Assembly: GCA_041744215.1 (NCBI GenBank)
Contig: JBGTLG010000041.1
Coordinates: forward strand, 32,001 to 96,000
Origin: Fimbriimonadales bacterium
GTDB lineage: Bacteria > Armatimonadota > Fimbriimonadia > Fimbriimonadales > ATM1
Direction of reading: 5' to 3'
Length of the DNA stretch: 64,000 nucleotides
Every line of letters starts with the position of its first letter. The stretch's first letter is position 1. Positions 19,144 through 28,609 of this stretch are shown here, piece after piece. The notes below the pieces were generated by a model that was not told the origin of the DNA, made no database searches, and saw nothing but the letters and a program-made list of their open reading frames with translations. The translations under genes and the position numbers were made by a program.

Positions 19144-19422
19144 ATGAAAGTATCGATGGAACAGGTTCGCAAGGTCGTCGAGCAGTCGAAGCTACAGCCT
19201 AGCGACCTGAAGACCGAGACCCTTTTCGACAAGGACCTGACGGCGTCGGCAGACGCAAAGCTGATCCGGCAGGTAGTCGATGAGGTTATGCAGATGCCTG
19301 AGGTCCGCGCCGAATTGGTAGCGGAGCTCAAAGCCAAAATCGAGCTGGGCGAATACAGCCCCAGTTCTGAAGACATCGTCGAAGCGATGGTTCGGCGAGC
19401 GATCGCCGACCGAATCCGCTAA
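19144..19422 (+). CDS. flgM: FlgM-like anti-sigma28 factor
   Basis: 92 aa; C-terminal VRAELVAELKAKIELGEY..SSEDIVEAM matches the FlgM C-terminal motif. Confidence 0.75.
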   Translation: MKVSMEQVRKVVEQSKLQPSDLKTETLFDKDLTASADAKLIRQVVDEVMQMPEVRAELVAELKAKIELGEYSPSSEDIVEAMVRRAIADRIR

Positions 19423-19515
19423 GCCTACTACCGGACAAGCGCGAATTTTCGAGGGCAACAGCCAGCTGGCTGTTGCCCTCGATTCCTTTGGTTTGATTCT
19501 CGGTAGACTTGACCT

Positions 19516-20625
19516 ATGAGAAAACTAATCGCGTTCCTGTTGGTGGCGGCGATTTCGTGCTGCTCCTTCGCAGCAGATTTGGGTGTCGGCGACAAAGCTC
19601 CTCCGTTGAAAATTGCCGAGTGGGTCAAAGGTGAGCCTGTCAACACCCTCGAGAAGGGGCGCGTATACGTTGTCGAGTTTTGGGCGTCCTGGTGTGGTCC
19701 TTGCGTCGAAGGGATCCCACATTTGACAGAACTCGCGAAAAAGTACGCTGAGAGCGTTACGATCGTTGGCGTCAACATCTGGGAAGACCCTGAGGCGACA
19801 GACACTTCTTACTTTTCGACCGTCAAGTCGTTTGTCTCGAGGATGGGTGAGAAAATGGACTACGTCATCGGCATCGATGGGCCGAATGGCGATATGGCAA
19901 AAACTTGGATGCAGGCAGCGGGGCAAAATGGCATCCCAGCCGCCTTCGTCGTCAATGGCGATGGGTTAATCGTTTGGATTGGGCATCCAATGAATCTTGA
20001 TGGTGTGTTGGAAAAAGTTGTTGCCGGGTCGTGGGATTTGGAGACTGCGAAACAGCACGCGAAAAGCGAGCAAGAGGCTAACGAACTTCTCGGCAAGCTG
20101 TATCAGGAGATGCAGGATGTTGTCGAAGATGAAGTCAAGTCCCTCGAGTTTGCCGACAAGCTTGAAAAATTGATTGAGGAAAAGCCCAGCTTGTTAAGAC
20201 ACCTTGCTGGCTTGAAGTTTGGGAGCTTGGTGGCGAAGCATCCTGAAAAGGCCATGGAAGCCGCTCGCGCGTTCTTTAAGGGCGAACTGCGCGATGACGT
20301 TGACTTCCTCATGACGGTGTCAATGGGAATTCTTGAGCGCGAAGATCCAAAGATGGACTACGTTCTTGCCCTTGAGATGGCTCGCAAATTCGTTGACTCG
20401 GTTGGCGTAGACAGTCCGTTTTCGCTCGATGTTTTGGCTATGGCTCATTATCGAAATGGAAACTATGTTGAAGCGATTTTGATTGGGGAGAAGTCTGTCG
20501 CGCTGATTGATGCTGATATTCAAGCTGCGGTCGATTCTGGAAAGGAAGTTCCAAGAGGTTTTATACAGGTTCGCCAGTTTTTGTCTGATCGCGTGGAGAT
20601 GTATAAGAAGCGGGGCAAGGGCTAG
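19516..20625 (+). CDS. TlpA/ResA-like thiol-disulfide oxidoreductase with helical (TPR-like) C-terminal extension
   Basis: Signal peptide, VVEFWASWCGPC, GIPAAFVV. Confidence 0.85.
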   Translation: MRKLIAFLLVAAISCCSFAADLGVGDKAPPLKIAEWVKGEPVNTLEKGRVYVVEFWASWCGPCVEGIPHLTELAKKYAESVTIVGVNIWEDPEATDTSYFSTVKSFVSRMGEKMDYVIGIDGPNGDMAKTWMQAAGQNGIPAAFVVNGDGLIVWIGHPMNLDGVLEKVVAGSWDLETAKQHAKSEQEANELLGKLYQEMQDVVEDEVKSLEFADKLEKLIEEKPSLLRHLAGLKFGSLVAKHPEKAMEAARAFFKGELRDDVDFLMTVSMGILEREDPKMDYVLALEMARKFVDSVGVDSPFSLDVLAMAHYRNGNYVEAILIGEKSVALIDADIQAAVDSGKEVPRGFIQVRQFLSDRVEMYKKRGKG

Positions 20626-20799
20626 CACCTTCGTTTCAGGCCGCGTTCCAAGCTTGGGAATTGGGCAACGGCTGTAGGCCGACTACGGTCAGATTCTCCG
20701 CGCCGTCACGGCTCTCTGGCGAGGCATTCGCGCCGTGGATCCTTTGAAACTTCATTCCAGACCTGTAGCCACGCACGCGATCCTCCGAAAATCGAGTAT

Positions 20800-20821
20800 A
20801 TAGTAGACGTATATCTACTAT
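20800..20821 (+). promoter_or_regulatory. Palindromic operator, candidate SOS/LexA-type box
   Basis: ATAGTAGA-CGTATA-TCTACTAT (perfect 8-bp arms) overlapping a TATAGT -10-like element, immediately before SD GAGGAGG of imuB. Confidence 0.6.
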
Positions 20822-20836
20822 TCGAGGAGGATGCCG

Positions 20837-22045
20837 ATGGGCGCTGTGGCTTTTGTGGCGTTCGATGGCTTCTATGTAGCCGCCTATTCGAGGTCGCACC
20901 CCGAGGCCGGAAAGTCAATCGTGGTGCTAAAGGACCGGAGAGTCATCGACGCTTCGGCTGATACGCGGCGCCTGGGTGTCGGACCTGGGATGACAGCAGC
21001 CGAGGCCAAATACACAGCACGTGGCTTTGAGACTGCCCCGATCTTTGTCGAATATCGCAACGAAGACTTTTTGCCGTTCTCCGAGAGCTATTTGAAAGTC
21101 TGCGCAGAATACGCGTCGGCCGTCGAGCCAGTAGCGGAACATTGCGCTTTCTTGGACCTCGGGTTGCTTGCTGGAGCGCGCGAGGTTGCTTATGCGCTGG
21201 CGGCTGATTTGTATCACGCAGTAAAGGTGTGCGCCCGTATCGGGATCGCGGAATGCAAACTGGTCGCAAAGATTGCTGCGGAGCGCGCCGTGGGCGACGT
21301 AGAAATCGTTGCTGCACGGGGAGATGAGGCATACATTGCTCCCCTTCCAATCGAATCGCTTTGGCGTGTCGATCGCAACTGCCTATTGCGACTACGAAAT
21401 CTTGGGTATCGAACTGTCGGGGAGGTGGCAGCTTTTGATGCTGCACTTCTGCGAAAGCATTTTGGAGACGAAGGCTTTCGTATCTCACAACTTGCGAAAG
21501 GGATCGACAGATCTCGGATTGAGAGCATCTATCCGCCCGATGACATCCGTGCGCAGTTTCACTTTCCGCAACCCGCCAGACTGTCGAGCGAGATTGAACC
21601 TTCGATATTCGATCTTGCGCGCACACTATCGGAGGAACTATCAGCGCGATCGCGCATGGCGAGCATCATTGAACTCGCTGCTACATTTGAAGATAGCTCT
21701 ATGCGCTTGACGTGCAGAGAATTTGCAAAGCCCATGCATACCTACGGCGCACTGCTAACTGGATTGCGTTTAACATTGCGGAACATAAACATTGATGAAG
21801 AATTGGCTTCTCTGTCGGTGAAGCTGAATAAGGTCGTCGCACTCGACACACGGCAAATCTCGATGCCAGGGACCTCAGCTGATGCCGGCAGCAAGGACTT
21901 GATTCTAGAATCAGCAGAACGTACGGCAAAACAACTGCAAGAAACGTTTGGTGAGGAGTCTGTGTTGCGTGCAAGCAACCGATTTGTTGAGCGAAGAGAC
22001 TTGCTCTTGCGCGCGTGGAAGGAGGCAACATCTTGGAGCGATTGA
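20837..22045 (+). CDS. imuB: ImuB-like catalytically inactive Y-family polymerase
   Basis: DinB-like sequence with the catalytic D (HVDMD becomes FVAFD) and the SIDE motif (becomes AEHC) lost; upstream of dnaE2; start chosen 6 nt after the SD. Confidence 0.75.
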   Translation: MGAVAFVAFDGFYVAAYSRSHPEAGKSIVVLKDRRVIDASADTRRLGVGPGMTAAEAKYTARGFETAPIFVEYRNEDFLPFSESYLKVCAEYASAVEPVAEHCAFLDLGLLAGAREVAYALAADLYHAVKVCARIGIAECKLVAKIAAERAVGDVEIVAARGDEAYIAPLPIESLWRVDRNCLLRLRNLGYRTVGEVAAFDAALLRKHFGDEGFRISQLAKGIDRSRIESIYPPDDIRAQFHFPQPARLSSEIEPSIFDLARTLSEELSARSRMASIIELAATFEDSSMRLTCREFAKPMHTYGALLTGLRLTLRNINIDEELASLSVKLNKVVALDTRQISMPGTSADAGSKDLILESAERTAKQLQETFGEESVLRASNRFVERRDLLLRAWKEATSWSD

Positions 22046-25000
22046 TTGCAAGATGGCGAGAGACTGGCAGGTGGTGGGAGGGAGAGCCTGAGCGCGAGTT
22101 CGCTCGTTTTCTCGATAATGATAACATCGTCCGCGAGTCTGTCCGCGAGCACACTTGTGTCATTCAACCAAAAAGACTAATGGTTAAAGAGGATGTGACA
22201 TTTGAAGTTGCCCGCACTGTCGACTACGAAGTGATAAAACGCGAAACTCGTGATTCGCGATTAGAATTGGAAAGAATCAATACCCTAAAAGCTTTGCCAG
22301 GTTCATCGAGTTATGTTCCACTGCATTGCGTTTCGGCTTACTCATTTGGCAGGAGCTCGCTTACTCCTGAGCGCATCGTGGCGAAAGCATACTTAGGCGG
22401 CATGCAATCCGTTGCGATGGCAGACCGTTTTTCGCTTTCAGGATCACACGCTTTCTGCAGCGCTGCGCGCGACATAGGAATCAAACCAATCATAGGGGCG
22501 AGCATTGAAATGGAGAGCGGAGGCGAGCTGGTTTTGCTTGCTATGAGCGCAGATGGCTATATCAATCTGTCTCGCTTGATCACTCGATGTCATCTCGATG
22601 AGCCGCGCCAGCACCCACTTTGCAACTGGGATCGACTGGCGGAGTATTCAGATGGTTTAGTTTGCCTGACAGGCGGGCATTACGGGCCCATAAATATTGC
22701 CCTTATCGGCAGGCAGCGACCAGCCGCACGCGATGCAATCCTACGCTTAAGAAAGATTTTTGGCACTGAAAGGCTTTATGTCGAAATTGAACGGTCTATG
22801 GCGCATTGGGAGCTGTCAGTCAACATCGCACTACTCGAGATAGCCAGCGACTTTGGCCTGCGCGCTATTGCCGGAGGAACGATCGCACACGAGCATAAGG
22901 ACACTTTCGCAGCACAAGATGCTCTCCTTTGCGCAGAGACACTCTGCACCGTTGAGGAAATCATTGGTCGAAAGCCACAGCGCCACGCAGACCAACCACC
23001 TATCAAGCCTCTCCCACTGCGTTGGATGAACGCCGAAAGACGGTTTCGCGATGGCAAAGAGTTTGAAGCGCTATTTCGAGATCACCCTGAATTGATCACA
23101 AACGCCAAGCAGATTGCCAGCGATGCGCCAGATTGGCCGCTACCAAATAGGCCGCCGTTTCCAAGCTTCGAAGACGCACCTGAATGCATTTTACGCAATG
23201 TTGTTTATGACGGCGCGGCACGAAGGTACTTTCACATGACTCCAAAGGTCCGCAAGCGGATTGACATGGAGTTGAAACGAATATGCGATTTGGGCTTTGC
23301 TAGCCATTTCCTAGCAATGTGGGAAGCCTGCAGATGGGCGAAGAGCCGTAGCATTTTGTATAGTGCACGAGGCTCGGTAGTCGATAGTGCAGCAGCATAT
23401 TGCCTTGGGCTGTCGCGCATTGATGCAATTGAGCACGACTTGCACTTCGACCGCTTTTTACCTGGGGACGGAAGCAAGCGACCGGACATTGACATTGATT
23501 TTGAAGCCAGTCGGCGAAATGACGTGCGTGAGTTTTTTGTGCGTCGCTACGGTCGCGAGCATGTGGCCGGCGTAGCAGCGATAGCAACGTATCAGGGCCG
23601 CGGAATCGTGCGTATGATTGGCAAGGCGATGATGCTTCCAGAAAGCGTCATCGATCTTCTTGCTAAGAGAATGCACGGTTCAGTTACAGGTAGGAATATC
23701 GAAGCTGCGCTGCTGACACGACCAGAACTAAGAGACAGTGGCATTCCGAAAGAGCGTTTTCTTCTGCTCTTTGAAATCGCGAGGCAGGTCGATGGTTTGC
23801 CAAGAGGAATCGCCGCGCACTCGTCTGGATTGGTTCTATCGTCCGTTCCCATTTGCGATACTGTTCCGGTCATGAATTCTGCACTCGGAGACGCGCCTAT
23901 CATACAATGGGACAAGTACTCTTCGAAGCACTACTTCGACAAGTTCGATATCTTGTGTCTAAGGGGGCAAGATGTTCTTGCTGGAACGCAGCAGCGAGTA
24001 CGCCTTAACTCCGGAGCCGACCTAAACGTTGAGCGCATACCATTAGATGACGAGATGACGTTCGAAGCTTTTCGCCAAGGCAATCTCATCGGAATTCCCC
24101 AAAGCGCGTCACCTGCCATGCGTCAAGCTCACATGCGATTGCGCACGCGCAATCTGCACGATGCGAGTTTAGTGCAGGCTGGGATTCGCCCAGGAGTAGG
24201 CGGAGCAGTGAAGATCAATGCGCTGATTCGCAGACGCAGAGGATTGGAGAATTACGCATATCCTCATCCTTTATTGGAAGAAATACTTGGGATGAGCTAT
24301 GGGATTATAGTGTTTCAGGAGCAAGTTGACCAGTTATTACAGGGATTCGCGGGATACACGTCAGGTGAGGCGGAGGAGATACGTGAGAAGATCCATAAGC
24401 TTCGCGCGAACGATTGGGGAGACACAATTCACGATGTTCTCATTGAAAGAATTCTCAGTCGTGGATTCTCCAACGAAGTCGCGGAGCACGTTTTTGATTT
24501 AGTCTCAGGTTTTCGCGGCTATGGCTTTGCGCAAGGACACGCACTATCGTTTGCGGAGATATCAATTCGTTGCACTTATCTACAAAACAACTACCCGTCT
24601 GAATACTTTGCCTCGTTGCTAACTTCTCAGCCAGCAGGATACTACGGACCAGGAACGATCGCCAATGAAGCACGCATTCGTGGCGTAAGAATATTGCCGA
24701 TCGATATCAATAGCAGTGATGAGATCTTTACTGCCAGCGACCGTGCAATACGCGTGGGACTGATGCAACTGCACGGCCTTTCCGCTCCAACAGCCCAGCG
24801 CATCGCAGGCAATCGCCCCTATCGATCGATCTTTGATTTTTGTGCGCGCGCCAAACCGAATGCTGAAGAACTTGAGTTTCTGATATTGTCTGGAGCTTTC
24901 GATACCCTGCACTCGAATCGCCGTGCGCTTTTATGGGTACTTCCTGAAGCGATCAAACTTGCACATGTTTCGACACCTGGCAATGTGCTCTTCGAGGATG

Positions 25001-25500
25001 AGCCAGTGGGCGTTGTTCCAGAAAATATATCCGACTTTTCGGCTTATGAAAAAGCCGTACTTGAGCGGGCAATGCTCGGCATGGACATTAAAGAGCACCT
25101 CATGTCATTCGAGCGCGATCGCATCAGAGGGAAAGGCGGTATCACTTGTGCTGACGCTGCCGTTCTTATGCCAGGAAAGAAAGTTGTCGTTTGCGGGCTG
25201 GCCATGCGGCTTAGATTTCCACCAACGGCGTCTGGACGGCGTGTCGTGTTTTTCGATTTAGAAGATGAAACCTCGCTGTTGAACGTTACATGCTTTGATG
25301 AAACTTATCAGCGCGACGGCCACGCAATCATATGCTCCCCATTTGTTACCCTGATCGGAACTAGTCAAGAACGTGACGGGCACCCCGCATTCTTAGCGCA
25401 CCGTGTTTTCCCTTATCGACTTAGCGCAGAGGCAGCCACCTTCGCCCAAGAGAGGCGGGCTGTGCATGCCGAAGATTTCATCATCAGAAAGGGGAGGTAG
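22033..25500 (+). CDS. dnaE2: Error-prone DNA polymerase III alpha subunit (DnaE2) with N-terminal extension
   Basis: PHP domain (LHCVSAYSF), ARGS, RPDIDIDF, YGFAQGHA, SQPAGYY, OB fold; TTG start after SD AAGGAGG, overlapping the end of imuB. Confidence 0.88.
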   Translation: MERLIARWRETGRWWEGEPEREFARFLDNDNIVRESVREHTCVIQPKRLMVKEDVTFEVARTVDYEVIKRETRDSRLELERINTLKALPGSSSYVPLHCVSAYSFGRSSLTPERIVAKAYLGGMQSVAMADRFSLSGSHAFCSAARDIGIKPIIGASIEMESGGELVLLAMSADGYINLSRLITRCHLDEPRQHPLCNWDRLAEYSDGLVCLTGGHYGPINIALIGRQRPAARDAILRLRKIFGTERLYVEIERSMAHWELSVNIALLEIASDFGLRAIAGGTIAHEHKDTFAAQDALLCAETLCTVEEIIGRKPQRHADQPPIKPLPLRWMNAERRFRDGKEFEALFRDHPELITNAKQIASDAPDWPLPNRPPFPSFEDAPECILRNVVYDGAARRYFHMTPKVRKRIDMELKRICDLGFASHFLAMWEACRWAKSRSILYSARGSVVDSAAAYCLGLSRIDAIEHDLHFDRFLPGDGSKRPDIDIDFEASRRNDVREFFVRRYGREHVAGVAAIATYQGRGIVRMIGKAMMLPESVIDLLAKRMHGSVTGRNIEAALLTRPELRDSGIPKERFLLLFEIARQVDGLPRGIAAHSSGLVLSSVPICDTVPVMNSALGDAPIIQWDKYSSKHYFDKFDILCLRGQDVLAGTQQRVRLNSGADLNVERIPLDDEMTFEAFRQGNLIGIPQSASPAMRQAHMRLRTRNLHDASLVQAGIRPGVGGAVKINALIRRRRGLENYAYPHPLLEEILGMSYGIIVFQEQVDQLLQGFAGYTSGEAEEIREKIHKLRANDWGDTIHDVLIERILSRGFSNEVAEHVFDLVSGFRGYGFAQGHALSFAEISIRCTYLQNNYPSEYFASLLTSQPAGYYGPGTIANEARIRGVRILPIDINSSDEIFTASDRAIRVGLMQLHGLSAPTAQRIAGNRPYRSIFDFCARAKPNAEELEFLILSGAFDTLHSNRRALLWVLPEAIKLAHVSTPGNVLFEDEPVGVVPENISDFSAYEKAVLERAMLGMDIKEHLMSFERDRIRGKGGITCADAAVLMPGKKVVVCGLAMRLRFPPTASGRRVVFFDLEDETSLLNVTCFDETYQRDGHAIICSPFVTLIGTSQERDGHPAFLAHRVFPYRLSAEAATFAQERRAVHAEDFIIRKGR

Positions 25501-25509
25501 AATGCCATA

Positions 25510-26001
25510 GTGGCCCACGCGGTCGCGCGCAACATGACAACAGAAGCCCCAAAGCAGATGGTCCACTACCTAACCGTTCAAGACATCCTCTGGATCAACC
25601 AAGAGGTGACCAATGAGGCCCAGCCTTTTAAGTACGCACAATTGGAAGAGGGCACCAACTTTCAGTATGGGTACGGAAAGAGCGAAAACGTACTCGCACA
25701 GGCAGGACAATTCATTCAGGGCTTCATAAGGCTTCGACCGTTCAAGGCAGGCAACCGCGCAACGGCGTTTATCGCGGTCCTCGCGTTCCTTAAGATCAAC
25801 GGTTACGACATCACATTGCCGCCGAGCGATGCAACCCAGTGGGTGATGAATGTTGCGGACAAAAAGCAGGCTGGGAACGACGCAATCGCGCAAGTCGCTC
25901 AACGATCAGAAAAGCCAATCGAGATTAGTCCGACAGTGCGCACAGTTGTCAAGGAGCTAACCGAAGAATACGCGGACACCGTCGAAGCGTTGAGAGATTA
26001 A
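25510..26001 (+). CDS. Fic/Doc family protein with degenerate motif
   Basis: YLTVQDIL.IN N-terminus; RPFKAGNRATA in place of HPF.DGN.R. Confidence 0.7.
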   Translation: MAHAVARNMTTEAPKQMVHYLTVQDILWINQEVTNEAQPFKYAQLEEGTNFQYGYGKSENVLAQAGQFIQGFIRLRPFKAGNRATAFIAVLAFLKINGYDITLPPSDATQWVMNVADKKQAGNDAIAQVAQRSEKPIEISPTVRTVVKELTEEYADTVEALRD

Positions 26002-27275
26002 CTCTTCTTAGGACTGTACAACGGCCGCGCGAATCGACCTTTCCCTTTGGTCAGGTTGGTCAGCGCGCTACCGTCGCGTTGGACGGACCATACATCGCCT
26101 TCTCTCACGAAAACAAGCGACGAGCTGTCTGGCGACCAACTTGGTTCGAATGCTTCACCTGGCGCGATCGGACGCATCTCTCCGCCGCTCAATGGAGCAA
26201 TCATGAGACCCGCGCCCACCAGTTTCTCCTCTCGCCGCGAGAAAGCCGATACGATTAGATCCGCGCCGTCTGGCGAGATCGAGGGGAAGAGAAGCGCTTC
26301 CGTGCCGTCGATTGACTGAAACATCAACGCCGGCGGGCTGTTCGAACCGATCTCATAAAGAAAAAGAGCATTGACAAACGGTCGCCGAATCGCTCCGTCA
26401 GGATTTTTCATGTCGTCGGGAACAGCATCCAAGTTTGGCCATCGAAAGTCACGGACAGAGACCACTGCGACCGACTCCGTGGGGTGCATCGCGATCTCGA
26501 CATCTGCGCCCATCAGCGGTATGCGTGGCATCGCTTCCTGTTGCGATTCCGGTTTCAGGTTTTGGAGGACAAGGGCGCGTCCTCGTGGCGTATTGTAGAT
26601 GCCCATGAAGTGACTGCCATCGCGAGTCACGTATCCCTTTTCAAACGCGTCTCCCTCAAGCGCGCCGCTGACCTGCTGCCATGCCTGTTCCATCATGTGG
26701 GTCGCTTCATCGTGTCGATGTCCGTGTTCGTCGGTAGGTACGACTTCTTCGTCTGTGCGCTTGATTCCTGGTTCCTCTTTCGGGGGGTACACGGTCGATA
26801 TCTTAAGGGTCTGATAATCAAGCCGGAGCACGGATCCCCTACTCGTGAACACTATCGCGTTGCCCGAAAGTGCAAACCATGGAGCCCCCCGAGACGCCCC
26901 TGCGAGTGTCAGCTGAAAGGGGACGTTGTCTCGATCAGGAATCCAGTCGAAGAGTTGGTAGGAGCCGTCCGCCGAACGATTGCTCACGAAGATCACGCGC
27001 TGGCCGTCGGCAGACCATATCTGCTCACGATCGTCAAACTCCCCATCATCTCCGTCTGGCTCTCGAATCGTGCCGTCCGGCGAGATCGCCACTACTCGCG
27101 AAGTCCCATCGTCGTTGAGCGCAAGAGCGGCGATGAGGTTCGTGGTTTTCGGCGCAGGGATGATCACCCAAAGCCGTCCAGCGGGACGGTTGCGCATCCA
27201 AACGACCAACGAAACGACACCGATTACAACGAGAACCAGGATGCTGAACCCGACGAGTCTTCTTCTGCTTTGCAT
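25998..27275 (-). CDS. TolB-like/PD40 beta-propeller protein with N-terminal TM anchor
   Basis: WSADG, ISPDG and WSPDS repeats; start at MQSRRRLVG inferred. Confidence 0.75.
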   Translation of the reverse strand: MQSRRRLVGFSILVLVVIGVVSLVVWMRNRPAGRLWVIIPAPKTTNLIAALALNDDGTSRVVAISPDGTIREPDGDDGEFDDREQIWSADGQRVIFVSNRSADGSYQLFDWIPDRDNVPFQLTLAGASRGAPWFALSGNAIVFTSRGSVLRLDYQTLKISTVYPPKEEPGIKRTDEEVVPTDEHGHRHDEATHMMEQAWQQVSGALEGDAFEKGYVTRDGSHFMGIYNTPRGRALVLQNLKPESQQEAMPRIPLMGADVEIAMHPTESVAVVSVRDFRWPNLDAVPDDMKNPDGAIRRPFVNALFLYEIGSNSPPALMFQSIDGTEALLFPSISPDGADLIVSAFSRREEKLVGAGLMIAPLSGGEMRPIAPGEAFEPSWSPDSSSLVFVREGDVWSVQRDGSALTNLTKGKGRFARPLYSPKKS

Positions 27276-27337
27276 GGCTTGCCTTTGAGTTGCATACGTT
27301 ACCCGCGACGGTTCTGCGCCGCCGGTAGACTCTCGGC

Positions 27338-28609
27338 ATGAGCTTGTTCGAAACCGAGCCCTCCGCGGACAAGATGCCGCTTGCAGCTCGAATGCGGCCG
27401 GAGTCACTGAGCGACTTCGTTGGCCAACAGCATCTGCTAGGGGTGGACTCCCCAATCAGGCAAGCACTAGAGCGGGGAGCACTGGGGTCTGTCATCCTTT
27501 GGGGTCCGGCAGGGTCGGGCAAGACAACTCTTGCGCGGCTTATCGCGCAACAGGGACAAGCCCACCTCGAAGCGTTGAGCGCAGTAACTGCAGGTGTCGG
27601 TGAGATTCGCAAGGTTGCCGACGCGGCAAAGCATCGCAGCAAATCAACGATCCTGTTCTTGGACGAGATACACCACTTTACGCGTACCCAGCAAGACTTT
27701 CTGCTTGGATTAGTAGAAGAAGGCCGGCTGACACTGATAGGAGCGACAACGGAGAACCCCACATTCAGCTTGGCGACGCCCCTTCTTTCCCGGTGTCGAG
27801 TGCTGGTTCTAAAGCCTCTAGCGGATGGAGAGATCGGTGCGATCACCCAGCGAGGTGCGCGAGAACTCGGCGTCGAGATAACTGCTGAGGCCCTGTCTAC
27901 AGTCGCCCGATTCGCAAACGGTGACGCCCGCGTCGCGCTCAATGCCGTCGAGTTCGGGGCTCAACTCGCACACCCATCGAGTGAGATTGGCATTGAGCAT
28001 GTGTCTCAGGCGCTGAATCGACCGCTGGTCCGATACGATCAAAAGGGCGGTCAGCACTACGACGTGATCTCGGCGTTCATAAAATCAGTGCGCGGAAGCG
28101 ATGTTGATGCTGCCCTGCATTACCTAGCGCGCATGATCAGGGCGGGAGAAGATCCACGGTTCATCGCCCGACGGCTCGTGATCCTGGCCAGCGAGGACAT
28201 CGGCAATGCCGCGCCGATGGGTTTACTGATCGCGATGTCTGCATTCCACGCTGTTGAGCGAATTGGGATGCCCGAGTCGCGGATAGTGCTGGCTCAGGCG
28301 ACGATCTTCTTGGCCGCTTCGCCTAAGTCGAACAGCGCCTACCTGGCGATCGACAAAGCGCTCGCAGACCTGGATCGAGTTCCGGCGCCGCGCATACCGG
28401 ACTACTTACGTGATGCCAATACAAAGCGGCACGACGTGGTCGTCGATGAAACGGGCTACCTCTACCCCCACGACTCGGGTGGCTGGGCTCGGCAGGAGTA
28501 CCTCTCTTCGGGTCATGGCCTGCTGCTACCGTACTATGTCCCGCTATCGACCGGATTCGAATCGAAACTCGGGTCATTCTTGGAATCACTCGACGAGACA
28601 CAAAGCTAA
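27338..28609 (+). CDS. rarA: Replication-associated recombination protein A (MgsA/RarA AAA+ ATPase)
   Basis: PLAARMRP, GPAGSGKTT, DEIH, GATTENP, SAFIKSVRGSD, ASEDIG.A, SPKSN, YLYPHD. Confidence 0.93.
   Translation: MSLFETEPSADKMPLAARMRPESLSDFVGQQHLLGVDSPIRQALERGALGSVILWGPAGSGKTTLARLIAQQGQAHLEALSAVTAGVGEIRKVADAAKHRSKSTILFLDEIHHFTRTQQDFLLGLVEEGRLTLIGATTENPTFSLATPLLSRCRVLVLKPLADGEIGAITQRGARELGVEITAEALSTVARFANGDARVALNAVEFGAQLAHPSSEIGIEHVSQALNRPLVRYDQKGGQHYDVISAFIKSVRGSDVDAALHYLARMIRAGEDPRFIARRLVILASEDIGNAAPMGLLIAMSAFHAVERIGMPESRIVLAQATIFLAASPKSNSAYLAIDKALADLDRVPAPRIPDYLRDANTKRHDVVVDETGYLYPHDSGGWARQEYLSSGHGLLLPYYVPLSTGFESKLGSFLESLDETQS

Noticed and set aside
19516-20625. Selenoprotein near tRNA-Sec
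   Set aside because: The active site is WCGPC encoded by TGT/TGC, and I noticed no convincing in-frame TGA read-through candidate in the window.
20636-20899. Minus-strand small ORF divergent from imuB (possible repressor or imuA)
   Set aside because: No HTH or RecA-like features; it overlaps the imuB start and operator.
18866-26001. Genomic island integrated at tRNA-Sec
   Set aside because: No integrase, and I saw no duplicated tRNA 3' end; only a subjective GC dip supports it.
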